64,000 nucleotides of DNA, taken from Amoebophrya sp. A120. Lineage: Eukaryota > Protista > Dinoflagellata. The number at the start of each line of letters is the position of its first letter. Position 1 is the first letter of the stretch. Both the position numbers and the translations under genes were made by a program. Location of the stretch: NCBI GenBank assembly GCA_905178155.1, contig CAJINV010000001.1, positions 11,231,009 through 11,295,008 of the forward strand. Reading direction: 5' to 3'. The notes under the pieces are model-generated. The model was not told the origin of the DNA and made no database searches. It saw only the letters and a list, made by a program, of their open reading frames with translations. Positions 13,306 through 25,945 of this stretch are shown here, piece after piece.

Positions 13306-14498
13306 ATGGCGGACGCGGCAGCAACGGCAATCGATCCGCCCGGTGGCAGCGATGTGCTTACCGGTGGCGACTCGATCGGCCAGTTTTCCACACTTTTTGA
13401 CAAGTACGTGTGTACTTTTGACGAACAGGACAAGGTAAAGGAAATAGACTTGTTCCCTAAAGCCTAAATCGATTTTTCGTTTCTTCATCTTCAAACATGA
13501 GAAGCGTCAGTATTCTTTGTCTTGTGTTTCAGATTCAGAAGTGCGATGAATTGCTGGAGTGAGAATGTGAGTAACATTATGCCACTGAACGATCGACGTA
13601 GAGACGACAAGTCGAAAGTGAAAGCAGAACAAAATAACAACAAACCTCAGCTCCGCGACTTCAGAAAGTACATGGTGGAAAAGAAGATTACGAATCTAGT
13701 CGTGCAGCTTTACCAGTTCTGCGACAAGGCGAAAAAGAAGGACGAGTACGTCGAGCACGTAGTCCAGGAATTTCTCAGTATAAGTTCAACTTGATTTTTT
13801 CGCTTTTTACTTGCGGAGAATCGAGAATGAGAAATCAGCTCCTACTCTTCGTTGAGTGCTTTTCTTTCTTGCATACATACACGCAGTGTTTGTGCTGCTT
13901 TCCATGATCTCTCGCAGTAGCTGATGTATGTATAATCTGCTCATTTCTTATTCTTTCGACCTTGTCGCTCAGGTAGTTACCCCGGTGAGACAGACATAGA
14001 AGTCGACGCTCTACTTGAACAAAGGGTGAAGATACGGGACAGCAGCGCGAAACTTGCACACGATATCCCAAAATATGAAATGATAGCGAGGGTGGTTACA
14101 AAACTGCCAAAAACTGGCGCAAAGGACTGGACAGAGCTGGCAGAAGCTTTTGGTACATGAATGTTCATGCTCATGCTGTGTAATGCCTAACTGTTCCTTT
14201 TGTTTTTCGAGTTACGATAAACCTGTCGGGTTCTTCATGTGCTTCAACATTTGGTTTACAGTCGCTACATAGGAGAGCCCCAGAATGTGAATGAATAGAT
14301 TCAAATTCTTGAAGATGCAAAAACAATGCAGGCGACGCAGCCGCTGCCCCAACAGGAGAGGACGGTGCTGCTCCGGCGTTTCCATTTGATTCGAGGAAAG
14401 CCTTGATAGAAGCACTCGAGAAGATACCAGCGTCCGACTGCGGTACCCCAGCGGCATTGCTTGCAAGTCTCAGCGCGCAGTCGGCGGTTGGTGGATGA
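13306..14498 (+). CDS. MYCBP/AMY-1-like small protein, about 4 exons
   Basis: Spliced translation contains [22 protein letters not shown]...[23 protein letters not shown], reminiscent of the MYCBP FRKYLE...LVALYE pattern. GT-AG introns are frame-consistent. Confidence 0.5.
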
Positions 14499-15296
14499 AA
14501 ACGGAATGAAAAATAAATGCTGTTGCACCATCATCACATTGAAATGAATCATCGTTGACAAACTACGGAATTTGCAAATGAACCAGATGACGGACAGACA
14601 GCGAATGAGTACGCCATTTGCAGCATCTTTTATTTGCCCATGGCGTAGGTCATGTTGTAGCGGCATGTTTGTGTTTCTGTTTGAGGGGAGTATGTCCCTG
14701 TGAAACTAAAGCATACTAAAACGTAAACTCGTTTTTACCCATGATGATCTGGTATCCTGGTGAATCTTAAGTCTGGACGGGAGAGCACTTGCATCTGCAT
14801 GTTGACTTCATATTGGATCTTCGCCAGATTTCTTGGCATGATCATCGATCGTGCTGTGCAGGTAAACACAGCTGCTATAAATGTAGGGCTTTCAGCATCC
14901 GGGATCGACATGACGATCATGATGATCCAGTAGATTTGTAGTATGGTAGGCACGACCCGGTCGCAAGGCAAACAAATGCTGATGCTGACGATCTTCTGTC
15001 TACCTGTAGTGTAAGTAGTACGTAGCATCTGGTAATTACCCTTAATATGACCTTGCTTTTTGACGAGTTCATCCTACTCCTACGCGACCCAAAAGAAGTA
15101 TCTTGATCTTGTTTTTAGAAGGAATCGGTAGCAGGCGGAGGCGACAGTCGTAGTTATATGTTTATTTCAGCTCTCATCAGCAGTGTGATTCTGATTTTGT
15201 TCGATTCATGAATGATGTAAGCGTCGTTTCATGATGATGTAGTGCAAAGTTATGAATTGATTCTACTCGCGACGCCACATTGATTCCCATTCCACT

Positions 15297-16259
15297 ATGG
15301 TCTTGTCTGACGAAGCTATTGAGGAAAGAGATGTGTTACGGTCGATTTTTGGCACTGAATTCAGTGTGGAAAATGAACACGAGTGGCTGATTTCCTTCCC
15401 TGATTGTGGCTCGGGAGCGACAGCGCTGGTTCTCCATGTCCCACCAGACTACCCAACCGAGAGCCCCCCAATCGCCGAGATTGCATGCCCGCCTCCAGCA
15501 ATGGACGTCGACTTCGCTGTGGACTCGCTTCCCGCATTTTCGCCCGGGGAAAGCTGCATCTACGATTGGGCGTGTGAAATAAGGGCAAAATTGGAAGAGG
15601 TTGCAGAGATTGCAGCTAATCCGACGGCATTCACATTCTCCGCAGGGTCTTCAGGGGTTGGGGTCAACAGAAGTACAGAGGACGAAGATCTTGCTGCAGC
15701 GCTTGCAATAGTGCAGCTGGAAGATGACGATATTGCGGCAGATGGTGCCCACGATTACCAGGAGCAAGTCTCAGACGACGTCGTTGCCAACGCTGCATCG
15801 GAAATCAGCTACCACGAATATCAGAAGTCGCAGAACAAAAAGCAGAACAATAAAGGCTCTGCTTCCTCTTCCAAGAAGATAGAAATTCACCACGGCGACC
15901 CGTTCACAGAACGCAAATCAACTTTCCAAGGACACGTCGCCGACATTGCGTCGGAAAGCGACGTGAAGGCGGTTTTGGAACTACTCTACCAGGATGGAAA
16001 GTTTGCGCGGGCGACGCACAACCAGTACGCGTGGAGGTACCGGGACGAAGCGGGAAACTTGCACGCTGACAACAACGACGACGGCGAGGCGGGAGCAGGG
16101 CGGAAGCTAGCGGAGTTGCTGGAAGTAATGAAGGCCGAGAACGTGCTCTGTGTGGTATCGCGCTGGTACGGGGGCATTCTTCTAGGCCCGGACCGCTTCA
16201 AGTGCATCAATCGAGCGGCCTCGGAGTTGCTGGATCGACTGGGGAAGAGGAAGCGGTGA
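15297..16259 (+). CDS. IMPACT: IMPACT/YIH1 family protein (N-terminal RWD domain plus UPF0029 domain), intronless
   Basis: EERDVLRSIF and PPDYP (RWD); RKSTFQGH, ATHNQYAWR, DDGEAGAG and VVSRWYGGILLGPDRFKCIN (UPF0029). Confidence 0.92.
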   Translation: MVLSDEAIEERDVLRSIFGTEFSVENEHEWLISFPDCGSGATALVLHVPPDYPTESPPIAEIACPPPAMDVDFAVDSLPAFSPGESCIYDWACEIRAKLEEVAEIAANPTAFTFSAGSSGVGVNRSTEDEDLAAALAIVQLEDDDIAADGAHDYQEQVSDDVVANAASEISYHEYQKSQNKKQNNKGSASSSKKIEIHHGDPFTERKSTFQGHVADIASESDVKAVLELLYQDGKFARATHNQYAWRYRDEAGNLHADNNDDGEAGAGRKLAELLEVMKAENVLCVVSRWYGGILLGPDRFKCINRAASELLDRLGKRKR

Positions 16260-16899
16260 AGATGCTTGGTTTAGTGTCATTTTGAAAATCACTGCTGGCG
16301 CACGCGCGTTAAGGGGCCTGATGATGTAATACAACGAAAATAAAGATGAGACAATCTGCTGCACTGTGCTATTTTTTCCGCACTGGGACACGGAGTCTTA
16401 GGCCCGCCCGGCCCTCGGCTTCGAACAAGAACCGAACACGAATGCTACTTACATTATTGTTATTCCAGCGACAAGATAAGTAAAAGTATTTACAAGAGCA
16501 AAAACATCAAATGGATACTGTACACCCCGATGCTCATGCGGATCCCGATGAAGCCCTTTATCTTTAAGTTGCCTGGCTGCAACGATTGCAATGACGGCAT
16601 CGATTCTGTTCTGGATGCAACTTCTGCTATGTTTTTTTTCTGGAACAACAAGAAGTTCAGGTGAATGGGCACGTTGTGATATCGTGTTGTTGAGTGGAGG
16701 GATTCATTGTGTGGTTTCTTTGCTTGAGAATAAGAGTTCAATTCAGTTCTTGAATCTTTTTGGAACGTCGAGATCTTGGAGCTGTTAGTGTCTGAGTGAG
16801 TGGCGCAGCGTCGTCGAGTACTGCGGGGAGAGCTCTTGGCGCGTTTAATTATGGTGCCGACCTCGAGCTTGGCGCTGGTGGCATGGCGCAAATAAAAAG

Positions 16900-17640
16900 A
16901 TAGCGCTAGGACGCCTGGAGTGCCCTTGTGGCGGGCAGGCTGCTGCCCGCGCTGCTTTCACTGCGCCAGTGTGCGTGTTGGCTGGTGGTGATAGATGGCA
17001 AAGAAGCGAAGCGGGAGTCCGTGAGGTGGGCGCAACCCGGCAGAGAGACGCTAGCGCGTTGCCACTGTTGCCTCTGCCCTGCAACGGCTCCAGGCGTCAT
17101 GCCGGCGCCGGTGTCGAGTGGGAAGCGGAAGCCGCATCTACCGCCGGAGAGCAAAGGCCAGAGCCGTCTTCGTCCCCGCCTTGCGTCCGCAGCCCCAGCG
17201 CGCCGGCCCCTAGATTCCTTCGCACGTGTTTGGAAGAGTTGCCGCCGCCGCCTATCCTTCCGGGCGGGGTGCCGCTTCTGGCACCGGCGCAGTTTAAGCG
17301 CTCCAGAGCTTAAGCCCGAAAGCCGCGCGCCTTGCGCGCGCCCTCTGACTGTCTCAGGCCTGCGCGCCCCCCTGCTTTCTGCTTGCCGGACGCCGGGCGA
17401 GGCTGCGCAGGTGGTCAGCCGGCGCGTGTGGCTGGCCGGGCGGGCGTGCATTGGCGTGGCCTGTGGCAATGCGCCACGGGGCCCGCGGTCGTGCGGCTCC
17501 TGCGCCTTCGGCCCGTGGCCACGTGCCCCCGGGTGGCCGTCGCGTGGCGCTTTCGTTCTGTCAGAAGTGTGTTAGTCGAAAGCGCGCGGCAGAGCAGGGG
17601 CGAGTCCGGCATTTGTTAATCATGTTACCGCTGCACGCGC
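16900..17640. other. GC-rich intergenic segment without a credible protein, possibly a dispersed repeat
   Basis: Visibly higher GC than the flanks; overlapping Arg/Ala/Pro-rich ORFs on both strands with no recognisable motif. Confidence 0.35.
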
Positions 17641-18667
17641 ATTGACGTTGCCTGTTACTGTTTTCTAAATCTTACTGGCGGCTCGATGTCGATGTCGAAC
17701 CCCGATGGTTGGACTCTGCAGTGTCATGCCTTTAATCCCTCTGGGGTGGCGGATATCCAATATCAAAACACGAGCACCAACTACTCCTACTCGGCTGACG
17801 GGCGCCCTTGAGCCTTTTTCTTGTGTTCGCCGCGGAAGATGTGCGCAGGACTGACCACTGGCACCTGTGGGAGCGATGCAGGCTCTAATCCTGATCATCT
17901 CGACCGGTCCCTACTTGTTTGTGGAAGGATCAAGCCGTCGTGCTCTGAAGATTGCGTTGATCGAAGTACGACCACCCAGGGACGAGCCCCAGGAGCTGGT
18001 GTCATGGTCTGTTCTACTAACTTGTATTCGATAGGACAAGGACATGGAGATGATGGATAAAGACAACTGCTCCGGCTAGTAGACGCATCATAACCCCACG
18101 CGATCCGTCGGTTCGCAGCACTTTCTTTGCGACACACAAAAGCGCTCATAATTCGAGCTAGTAGCTAGGTGTCCGTAGGAACCAATGCTCCTCGCGCGTG
18201 AAGGCACTACCAAAAAATGGAGATCTCGTGTTTTTTCTGATGTTTCTTCCGTCGTTCGGAACGATCGTTCCTCAAGCACAAGCTTCTTAAACTTAAACGA
18301 CGAGACGGCTTACAAAGTTTGCGCTGTATTGCTATCTTTCTGGAGATGATGGCGCACGGACTTATGTCAGTTGTTTTAAGGTGTAATTGTAAAGTAAGGA
18401 CTTCTGGCTGTGGCTACGCCAGGTACTAGAGCTTTTCATCTTCTAACCGGTTGAGCGTTTTAGTTGCTGTTCGTTGCGCAAACATAGACCGACGAGGAGA
18501 TAGTTTTTTTTTTTTGATATACATTTCGATTTCCCGCCTCGCTCAAGCATGAGCGTATCTTTTTTTTTTCCACACTGTGTATATGTTTTCGACTTTGCCA
18601 CTGTCTTTGACGAAGACAAATACGAGGACGATGCTAAATCGCTGTCGATAAGCCTCTTTTTGTGAAA

Positions 18668-21600
18668 ATGATGTTGCCAGACGAGAAACCGTCCAAAGAC
18701 ACCGGCTTTCTTCGTTCTGGGGCATGTCGCATCAAGCGAATCTTTACCCGCCCGAGCGCTGACGTGGGCGACGGTGCGGCATCAACAAGCAAATCCTCCT
18801 GGGTATGGAAATTCGCCGATGTTGCGGAAGACGGTCGTTTGTTGCGGCTCTACCAAAGCGAAGGCTGCGCGCGCTCGGGAAAGAGTCAGTTGCGAACGTG
18901 GAGAAATAGGAGCAGCTCGTCTGGGGACGCCTGTATGAAGAGTTACCACGATCAGGGTTCGAATGCAGCTCTTGTGCAGCTGCCAGGAGACCACGTCCAC
19001 CTATTCGGCTCAGCAATGAGAGGACGGGAGAAAGACAAGACGCCGTTCTCCTTCTCATGCAGAAGCTCATCGATGTCAACTTGCGCTGCCGCTGTTCTTG
19101 ACATTGAGCTGCTGAAGTTTTCAATCGAACACGAGAAAAGTGAGACGGGTTCCGACCTATTGGTGTTTCGCCCTACTGCAGATGACGACCCGCGATGGCA
19201 CGATGCCGAGGTTGGTAGCCGTGCAACTTCTTCGGAATGCGGCTACAAAGTCGACTTTCAGAAGGATGTCGCGAAATGGGTCTTCGCTCTGAATGCAGCT
19301 CAGGTGCGACACTGCAGTTCGTTGTCTTGCAGTTGGCGAGACGTAAGGAGCTACTGCTGTTTCCAGCACCGTCCCTCATTGGTATTTTCCGGCAAATTCG
19401 ATCAAAATTGGTGTTGGAAAACCGCAACCGTTTGGTGTAAAAGGGTTGCGTTTGCCACCGTGGTTCGGAGCAGCATCGCAGGCGTGATTGAACCGAATGG
19501 AGAATCTCAAAACGCCGAACATAGTCGACTAAAGAATGTGCTTGTTGCGCTTATGTGTATTCCCGAAAAGGACAAGTGTAAGTCTGACTTGGAATCCTTG
19601 GACACCGAAACCGAGGAGGGTCCGCAATGTCAATCCGCCAGACAATGTCAAGTAGACACTGGTACTGCGAAACGTCAACATGCGCATGCTGGAGACAGTT
19701 GTGCTCATCCCTCATGCGAGCACGAGATACTAGACAGGCATTCTGTTCGCGGCAACAGCTCCTGTGCGAGGGTATTTCCGCGACTGGAGCTATGGCTACT
19801 CGAAGTTGTGACAGGCTCGTGCAGCAGTTTTGGTTGCGGTCCTGGAGTAGATGTGAGTCCACCTCCGGGACGAGGCCAAGAATCTCTCTCCGGCCCGCCA
19901 AACAAAAGCGCAGAAGCCGAAACAAAGGCAAAGGGTGGTCACCACCTTCACGAGAAGCGAAAGCATGGTCGTCCCAAGAAGATACACCGCTTTGACCTCG
20001 ATGAGCTACAAGATCTGCATGGTGCGGCGAACTCCATCAATCAGGAAACCCACAGGCGCGTCCCAATTGGAATTCGTTACCTGGGCTCATCCGCCAGAGG
20101 AAGCGGGAGCGCACGTTTGCAACTTAACTTCGGTCCTCCACACGCCGGCGGCCATGTGGTTATCAATTTTGACCGGAAGAGCGCCGCTGAAGCGCTGACA
20201 CGCCGGATCAAGAAATGTATGAGCTCGGAATTCCGGGCGGAGATGATGCAGAAATTTGCCGCACTTGAAGTTGCAGGGGGACACAGCGGAGGGAAAGCGG
20301 AATGCAGTGGCGGGATAGCTGCAACTGACATCGTCGAGCCAGAAAGCCGAAGCGATGTGCGCCATGCGACTGAGTGCCCTGGCCATGGTAACCGCTCCAT
20401 GCAGCAGGGACTCAATGACGCAAGGGAACCCTATCCTGACTGCCTTGGAACTAACTCTCGCCTGCCGCTGAAGAGAAGACTAGAAGCCTTCAATCAAAAA
20501 TTCGGACGAGTGGATCCTGTTCCTGGAGTCAGCGAAGACCACGACATAACCAGGGAGGAAGTTGTTGCTTGTGTGGTTAAATTGTTCAGGAAGTCCCAGC
20601 ATGCTGCACTTCCAGTCGTGGACCAGTTTCTTCTTTCCGCAGCAATGCTGACAAGGCACCTGAAAACACCCCGCCTGCGTCGGTTCGCGACGTCTCTGCG
20701 GACAGATATACTACATCGACCATCGTCCCCTAGTTCTACTGAAGACGCCGCGCTTGCGCTTCTACCTCAAGGCGGGGGTGCGATCGGACGAGAAAGCCAA
20801 AAGCTGCAAAGTAGCTCGACGAATACAGGCGGTGAAGAAGGAGGTGGAGGACTCGTCGCTCATCTCGACCGCGAAATGAAGAACTCGTCGTCGTTCGAGT
20901 TCGAGAATCTTCCTCGAGCTACACAGTGCGGTACTGCTGCGTCCAGCTGTAGCTCCACTTCTTCGACCTTTCTGCCACCCGGAGGACAAGTGGCTTGTCA
21001 AGAAAACTTGTACTCGAAGAGCGTCAAGAATTTTGTGACCTCCGTACGGGAAAAGTACCTGCCGGCGGTGCAAGACAAGGCTTCTGACTACAAGGACAAG
21101 GTGCTCCAGACCGCTCTTTCACTGAAAACGTCTTTGGTCACGTCGTCTGGCTCTGGTGCGAGTGAAAGGACTGCGTCTGCACCAGAAGTCAACGTTAACC
21201 GCAAAACGTCTGGTGATGACGAGAGGGACGAGGCTAACGGCAGTGCTTCTGGTGGTTCTCCGACTCTCCGAGCACAAGAAAGAAAGCAACCAGAGGCAGA
21301 CGGCGATACGGTGACGGTGCAGCTTCATCAGCCACAGTATGGCCTTTTCTTTTCGAAGCGTTGGCCTGCAGCAGGAAGAAAGTCACTCGCTGAGCCGCTC
21401 CGCTTCTTGCGTAAGAAGTGGCTTTGCCTCCAGCTGGATGAAAGTAGCAGCGTTGCAGGAGATGAGTACCAGCAGCAACACTATCGCAATGTCACCGCTT
21501 CTAGGACAAGATCACACACCCTGACCATTGTCGACTTGCATCGTCTCGAGCCCACCGCAGTAGATCCTCTTCGCCAACTGCTCATTGGTTGGATGCAAGG

Positions 21601-24600
21601 CTACATGCGAAGCCGGTTTACATATCTCCATCTTCGGGATCTCAGTCGTCCCCCGGACACTGCACTGAGCTGCAGACAAGACGAAGCTTCGTATCCGCTG
21701 ACAACTGTGGACGCTGACAAGCTACTGGGTTTCGGAGCGATATGCATTGCTTTACACCAAGCGCTCTGTCGTGGAGGAGGTGTAAGTGACGACCACGACA
21801 GCGTAACAAGTCAAGAAAAAATGACGAGCGCACTCGAAGAGCATGAAAAGCACGATGTTGCTCCTTTCCTCATCAGCGACGTGTGTTTTCCTGGATGCTC
21901 GAGCATGCATGGTCGTATCAGACAGCATCAGACAAAATCCGGCGTTTTTTTACCAACTGAATCCCTTCACCATGAACCAGTTACCTCGTCTAGCGCGTGC
22001 TCTCCGGATGAAAAATGTCCACACGACCTTGGCACGGCGTGGGTAGAGACCGTCTGTTGCGTCACTTGGGCTGCAACGGATTTAGCGACACGAGCAGCCC
22101 GCGAGGCGTACCTCACCGAGCAAGAGCGTAGTTGTGAGTGTAGTATCACAACAACAACTGCGCCGACAACATTAAGTTCTACTCAAGCAGCGGAAAACAA
22201 CGAGAAGGAAAATGGGGCGCTGAGCTCCTTTCTGGTGGACATGCTGGCAGTTGTTCGGTGTCTGCAGGCTGGCGCCAGGAAGAAGTTCGAGGCTACTTGT
22301 TGCGCAACGAGCGCGCCGGCCACGAAGAACAACTCGGAGGTGTCGACGCACCAATTATGGAACGACCTGATCCATCATTGTGTCGTGTGCTTGTTGGTCA
22401 GTACTGTCCACGCACACTCGCGCCAGAGATTAGCGGAGCGCGCAGAGAGGAGCCGCGGGGTTCTAGACAACGTGGCTTGTTACAATCCTTGGGACGATGA
22501 AGATCTACTACTACCGGACTTCTTCGGGTCGGAGTGCAACTCGACTATAGCCCGCGTGCTGAAAGTCAAACAGGTTCTGGCTCATTACAATACAACATCG
22601 AGGATTCTTGGTGTGGAGCTTAGAGGCCGCGGGGCGGCACCAAATCTTCATCCTTCTGAATCTGCCGAGAAAAAATCAGATTCTCTCCGCGAAGATGAGT
22701 CGAAGCCTTTTGCAGTATTCAGTTCCGTGGACTACCATCTTCGCGTCGCACGGGGCTGCCTCGCCTCTGAAAATGTTACGGATATGGAGAAAACACTGCG
22801 ACAGCTAGTATGGGCAAAATTGCAAGCAGCTCAGCCGTCCATTGAGAAAGACGAAGAAGATGATGGCGGAACTGGCAATACGGTGGGACGAACTCCAGTC
22901 GCGAAAAGGATTACAGGTCGATCGAGCTGCTTCCCGGACGAAGGAACTTCTCACGGCACAACCTTCGTCAATGGAGTTTTCAAAGGACTTGATTCCTTCG
23001 CAGCAGTGGTGGAGTCGAAAATCAGCAACGGAGGTGCAGCACTGAAGTTAGCCGGCATACTACAAGACAATGACGGCGACGAAAATGAGAGCGAAATTAG
23101 TGCGGCTCCGAGAAGCAACAAGAGCACGACGTTTACTGAAAGTGGTGCTCTACAACTTGACGGGCGTGGTGGAGGTGGCGGGACGAGACGTATCTACTCA
23201 CATGACCACACGGGGACTACAGCTACAGGCCGTTTCGAAGCGGAGATCCGCGCAGCGTGCGGTCCTTTGTTGAAAGAGCTCGACCCTCTGAGGATCCACG
23301 ACTGGGATTGCCGGGAAAGAAAAGGACCACTGACAGACCAGCCTGCGTCTTCCGCATCCGCAACGTCCTCTGAGGAGCATCTTCATCAGCATTCTAATTT
23401 ACCTGCCAGCTGCATCTCCAAGGCAGCTCTGGAGGTGGTACCAACTTGCTCACGAGTGAAGAAAGTCATAGAGGGAGCTGCAGCATCCTCCATTGAAGAT
23501 CACACTGCTGCGGTTCACAGGAACATCGAAGATTTCATTCAAGAGGACGACCTGCAGCTGCCCCCTCCTGGGAGTAATAAGACTATGTCAACAATAAAAG
23601 CTACTTCTCCCTGCTCTTCCTCAGTCGGTTTTGGTGCAGATGCCGCATTACAGCTTCAAAATGGAGCTGCGCAGAAGACAAGTGCAGCAAGTGAAGGGCT
23701 GGCGGCTCGACCTGTTGTCAGCGACCGCGAAAGCGATGACGTAAATCGAGAGAAGCCTCCTGCTCCCGGAACAAAGAATGTCAATGTGCTTACTGTCCCT
23801 GCCGTCAAGAATAGCTGTTCTACGAACGGGAAGAACGGACTCGAAGTCGCCCAGCAAGCTGCTAGCGAACCCGAAGACAAGGACAACCACCTCCACGGTG
23901 AGATGAAACTTCATGCGAAAACTGGAACTGCATCAACAGACTCTGATGGCGGAAATGTAGGACCAGACGAAGCTGTTTTGTTGTTGAGCAGCTCTTCAGG
24001 AGTGATCACCCCCAGTACCATGACCCCGCCACCCGAGACTGCGCGATGCAGTAGCCCAGCGCTCACTGAATATACCTACGGGTCTGTCGATTCCTCACCC
24101 CCTTCCTGCGTCGATGCAAGCGCACTCCTTGAAGAAGCAAAAGCTAAAGCACGACCCGCAGTAAAGGACGAGGGGGATGAAGTGTCACTGGCTGAGCAGA
24201 CCAGCAAGGAGAACAATGACGGATGCATGTGTGACGCCGGGGAGGGTTCGAGCTCCCCTTCCGGCACGCGAAACACCGGCAGCAAGGCTGGTGACATTCC
24301 AAAGCCAAGTAGTGCCCCCTTCGGCATCTGGACGTATTTGCAGCGGGAAGCACGCGCAAAAGCGGAAGCGGAACAAGACGATGAAGTGTCGTCTCTTTCC
24401 TCTCTGGAAAATAACGACGAAAATGTGGAGCGTACGGATGTGACGTTGCGTCACCACGTGGTCGGTGTTGACGAAACAAATCTGCAGTTCGTGACGCCTG
24501 CTTTGCGCGAGGAACACGGGTGCGACCTCGAGCCAAGCCCAAGTGATGAAAGGGATCCTGATTGTTCTTTGAGAAATGCGGATGAATGCGCACGGTTCGA

Positions 24601-24631
24601 TGGAAATCTTGAAGAATACATCGCGGCTTAA
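18668..24631 (+). CDS. Very large intronless hypothetical protein (about 1,990 aa)
   Basis: A 6-kb stop-free ORF. Ser-rich low-complexity segments alternate with hydrophobic blocks; no domain confidently recognised. Confidence 0.75.
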   Translation: MMLPDEKPSKDTGFLRSGACRIKRIFTRPSADVGDGAASTSKSSWVWKFADVAEDGRLLRLYQSEGCARSGKSQLRTWRNRSSSSGDACMKSYHDQGSNAALVQLPGDHVHLFGSAMRGREKDKTPFSFSCRSSSMSTCAAAVLDIELLKFSIEHEKSETGSDLLVFRPTADDDPRWHDAEVGSRATSSECGYKVDFQKDVAKWVFALNAAQVRHCSSLSCSWRDVRSYCCFQHRPSLVFSGKFDQNWCWKTATVWCKRVAFATVVRSSIAGVIEPNGESQNAEHSRLKNVLVALMCIPEKDKCKSDLESLDTETEEGPQCQSARQCQVDTGTAKRQHAHAGDSCAHPSCEHEILDRHSVRGNSSCARVFPRLELWLLEVVTGSCSSFGCGPGVDVSPPPGRGQESLSGPPNKSAEAETKAKGGHHLHEKRKHGRPKKIHRFDLDELQDLHGAANSINQETHRRVPIGIRYLGSSARGSGSARLQLNFGPPHAGGHVVINFDRKSAAEALTRRIKKCMSSEFRAEMMQKFAALEVAGGHSGGKAECSGGIAATDIVEPESRSDVRHATECPGHGNRSMQQGLNDAREPYPDCLGTNSRLPLKRRLEAFNQKFGRVDPVPGVSEDHDITREEVVACVVKLFRKSQHAALPVVDQFLLSAAMLTRHLKTPRLRRFATSLRTDILHRPSSPSSTEDAALALLPQGGGAIGRESQKLQSSSTNTGGEEGGGGLVAHLDREMKNSSSFEFENLPRATQCGTAASSCSSTSSTFLPPGGQVACQENLYSKSVKNFVTSVREKYLPAVQDKASDYKDKVLQTALSLKTSLVTSSGSGASERTASAPEVNVNRKTSGDDERDEANGSASGGSPTLRAQERKQPEADGDTVTVQLHQPQYGLFFSKRWPAAGRKSLAEPLRFLRKKWLCLQLDESSSVAGDEYQQQHYRNVTASRTRSHTLTIVDLHRLEPTAVDPLRQLLIGWMQGYMRSRFTYLHLRDLSRPPDTALSCRQDEASYPLTTVDADKLLGFGAICIALHQALCRGGGVSDDHDSVTSQEKMTSALEEHEKHDVAPFLISDVCFPGCSSMHGRIRQHQTKSGVFLPTESLHHEPVTSSSACSPDEKCPHDLGTAWVETVCCVTWAATDLATRAAREAYLTEQERSCECSITTTTAPTTLSSTQAAENNEKENGALSSFLVDMLAVVRCLQAGARKKFEATCCATSAPATKNNSEVSTHQLWNDLIHHCVVCLLVSTVHAHSRQRLAERAERSRGVLDNVACYNPWDDEDLLLPDFFGSECNSTIARVLKVKQVLAHYNTTSRILGVELRGRGAAPNLHPSESAEKKSDSLREDESKPFAVFSSVDYHLRVARGCLASENVTDMEKTLRQLVWAKLQAAQPSIEKDEEDDGGTGNTVGRTPVAKRITGRSSCFPDEGTSHGTTFVNGVFKGLDSFAAVVESKISNGGAALKLAGILQDNDGDENESEISAAPRSNKSTTFTESGALQLDGRGGGGGTRRIYSHDHTGTTATGRFEAEIRAACGPLLKELDPLRIHDWDCRERKGPLTDQPASSASATSSEEHLHQHSNLPASCISKAALEVVPTCSRVKKVIEGAAASSIEDHTAAVHRNIEDFIQEDDLQLPPPGSNKTMSTIKATSPCSSSVGFGADAALQLQNGAAQKTSAASEGLAARPVVSDRESDDVNREKPPAPGTKNVNVLTVPAVKNSCSTNGKNGLEVAQQAASEPEDKDNHLHGEMKLHAKTGTASTDSDGGNVGPDEAVLLLSSSSGVITPSTMTPPPETARCSSPALTEYTYGSVDSSPPSCVDASALLEEAKAKARPAVKDEGDEVSLAEQTSKENNDGCMCDAGEGSSSPSGTRNTGSKAGDIPKPSSAPFGIWTYLQREARAKAEAEQDDEVSSLSSLENNDENVERTDVTLRHHVVGVDETNLQFVTPALREEHGCDLEPSPSDERDPDCSLRNADECARFDGNLEEYIAA

Positions 24632-25945
24632 AGACTACAAACACAAAGCGTTTTTAACGTCGTGCTAGTACAACTTCCCAGCTGCATGCTACTCGCAGAT
24701 CAAGAAACCGTTGTAACTGAGCCGGATGTTGAAGCGCTCCAGGAGGAGATCATGATATGCTCCTCTCTTTTTCCGTGACGTTTCGCGACAAGGATGCTGC
24801 AAAGGACGCAGTCTGTTCTCAAGCGAATTCTTCTGTAATCGCATGCACTGACCGTGCGCGACAACATGAACACTCGGTTTCTTTTTTTCGTGTCGGATGC
24901 AGCAGCAGGGAGTAGTATCTATGTCTATTGTATTCTGCTCTGGCTGCTGGTCTAGCATCTAAGACTCAATGGGTACTCCAGGAGCAAGAATGAAGTGAAA
25001 CATCGAAGAAAAAGTATTCACACTGAAATGAATCAGCATGAAAACGATTGAAGTAAGCAGCACACAGCAGTGATTGCAGTTTTTTTTTCCTCCGACAATC
25101 AGTCAAGCCGTCACAGCACCAAGTGCATGCGAAACGATAAAATGAATGTGAAATGTGAGACCATGCGAAACGTGAACCAAACGAAGAGTGTCTAGTTTGT
25201 GTCGTAAGAAGGAAAATCCGCCTGGTTCAACATCTCATTGTCAACATTATTTCAATCCTGTAGAATGAATGCGCTCTCTATTGAAACAGAAGTAGTCTGA
25301 ATGAAGTTTATCCTTGATGTGGCACGCTCTTGTTGTGACGCAAGTCCGCAATAACACTAGGATAGGTGCAAGAAATAAAGGAAAAAAATGACGATGCCCC
25401 TGCGCACGGCGGAGGTACGACTACAAATAGTTGTCTACGCTTATGCGTGTTGAGCAAAAGGAAAAGCGCGGCCATAATATGTTCGATTAAGCTCGATTCT
25501 TGTTTCGCAGCCTCAGCACCATCTTCAGCAGCAACACGAGTCCGCTATCAGTTCGAAACAGCTGGTGCGACTTGTACTATACGTATTTACAGATAGAGCG
25601 CTCTCAACACTGTCTGTTGTCGCACGCGTGGTTGAACGCTGTGCGTTTGCCGAGCACAGGCTCTTGCTTCTCGGCAAATCAGTTTGCTCCTGCTGTGTCA
25701 ATAGATTTACAAATAGCTCCACAGCACACGTTGTTTCTGTATTTTTTTACAACGAACTGTCGCTTAAAGTAGCTAGCTGACGCTACCTGCTTGACACTTT
25801 CTTTGATAAATTGTCTTTACGATTACGTTTACTTTGATAATACTTACTTAATCTTGGGCGCGTTTGTCCCAGTCCCTACATCAATATCTCCTGTCTTGCA
25901 CCGGAATACGACGGACTTTCTAAGTCTAAAGCAGAAGCCATGATC

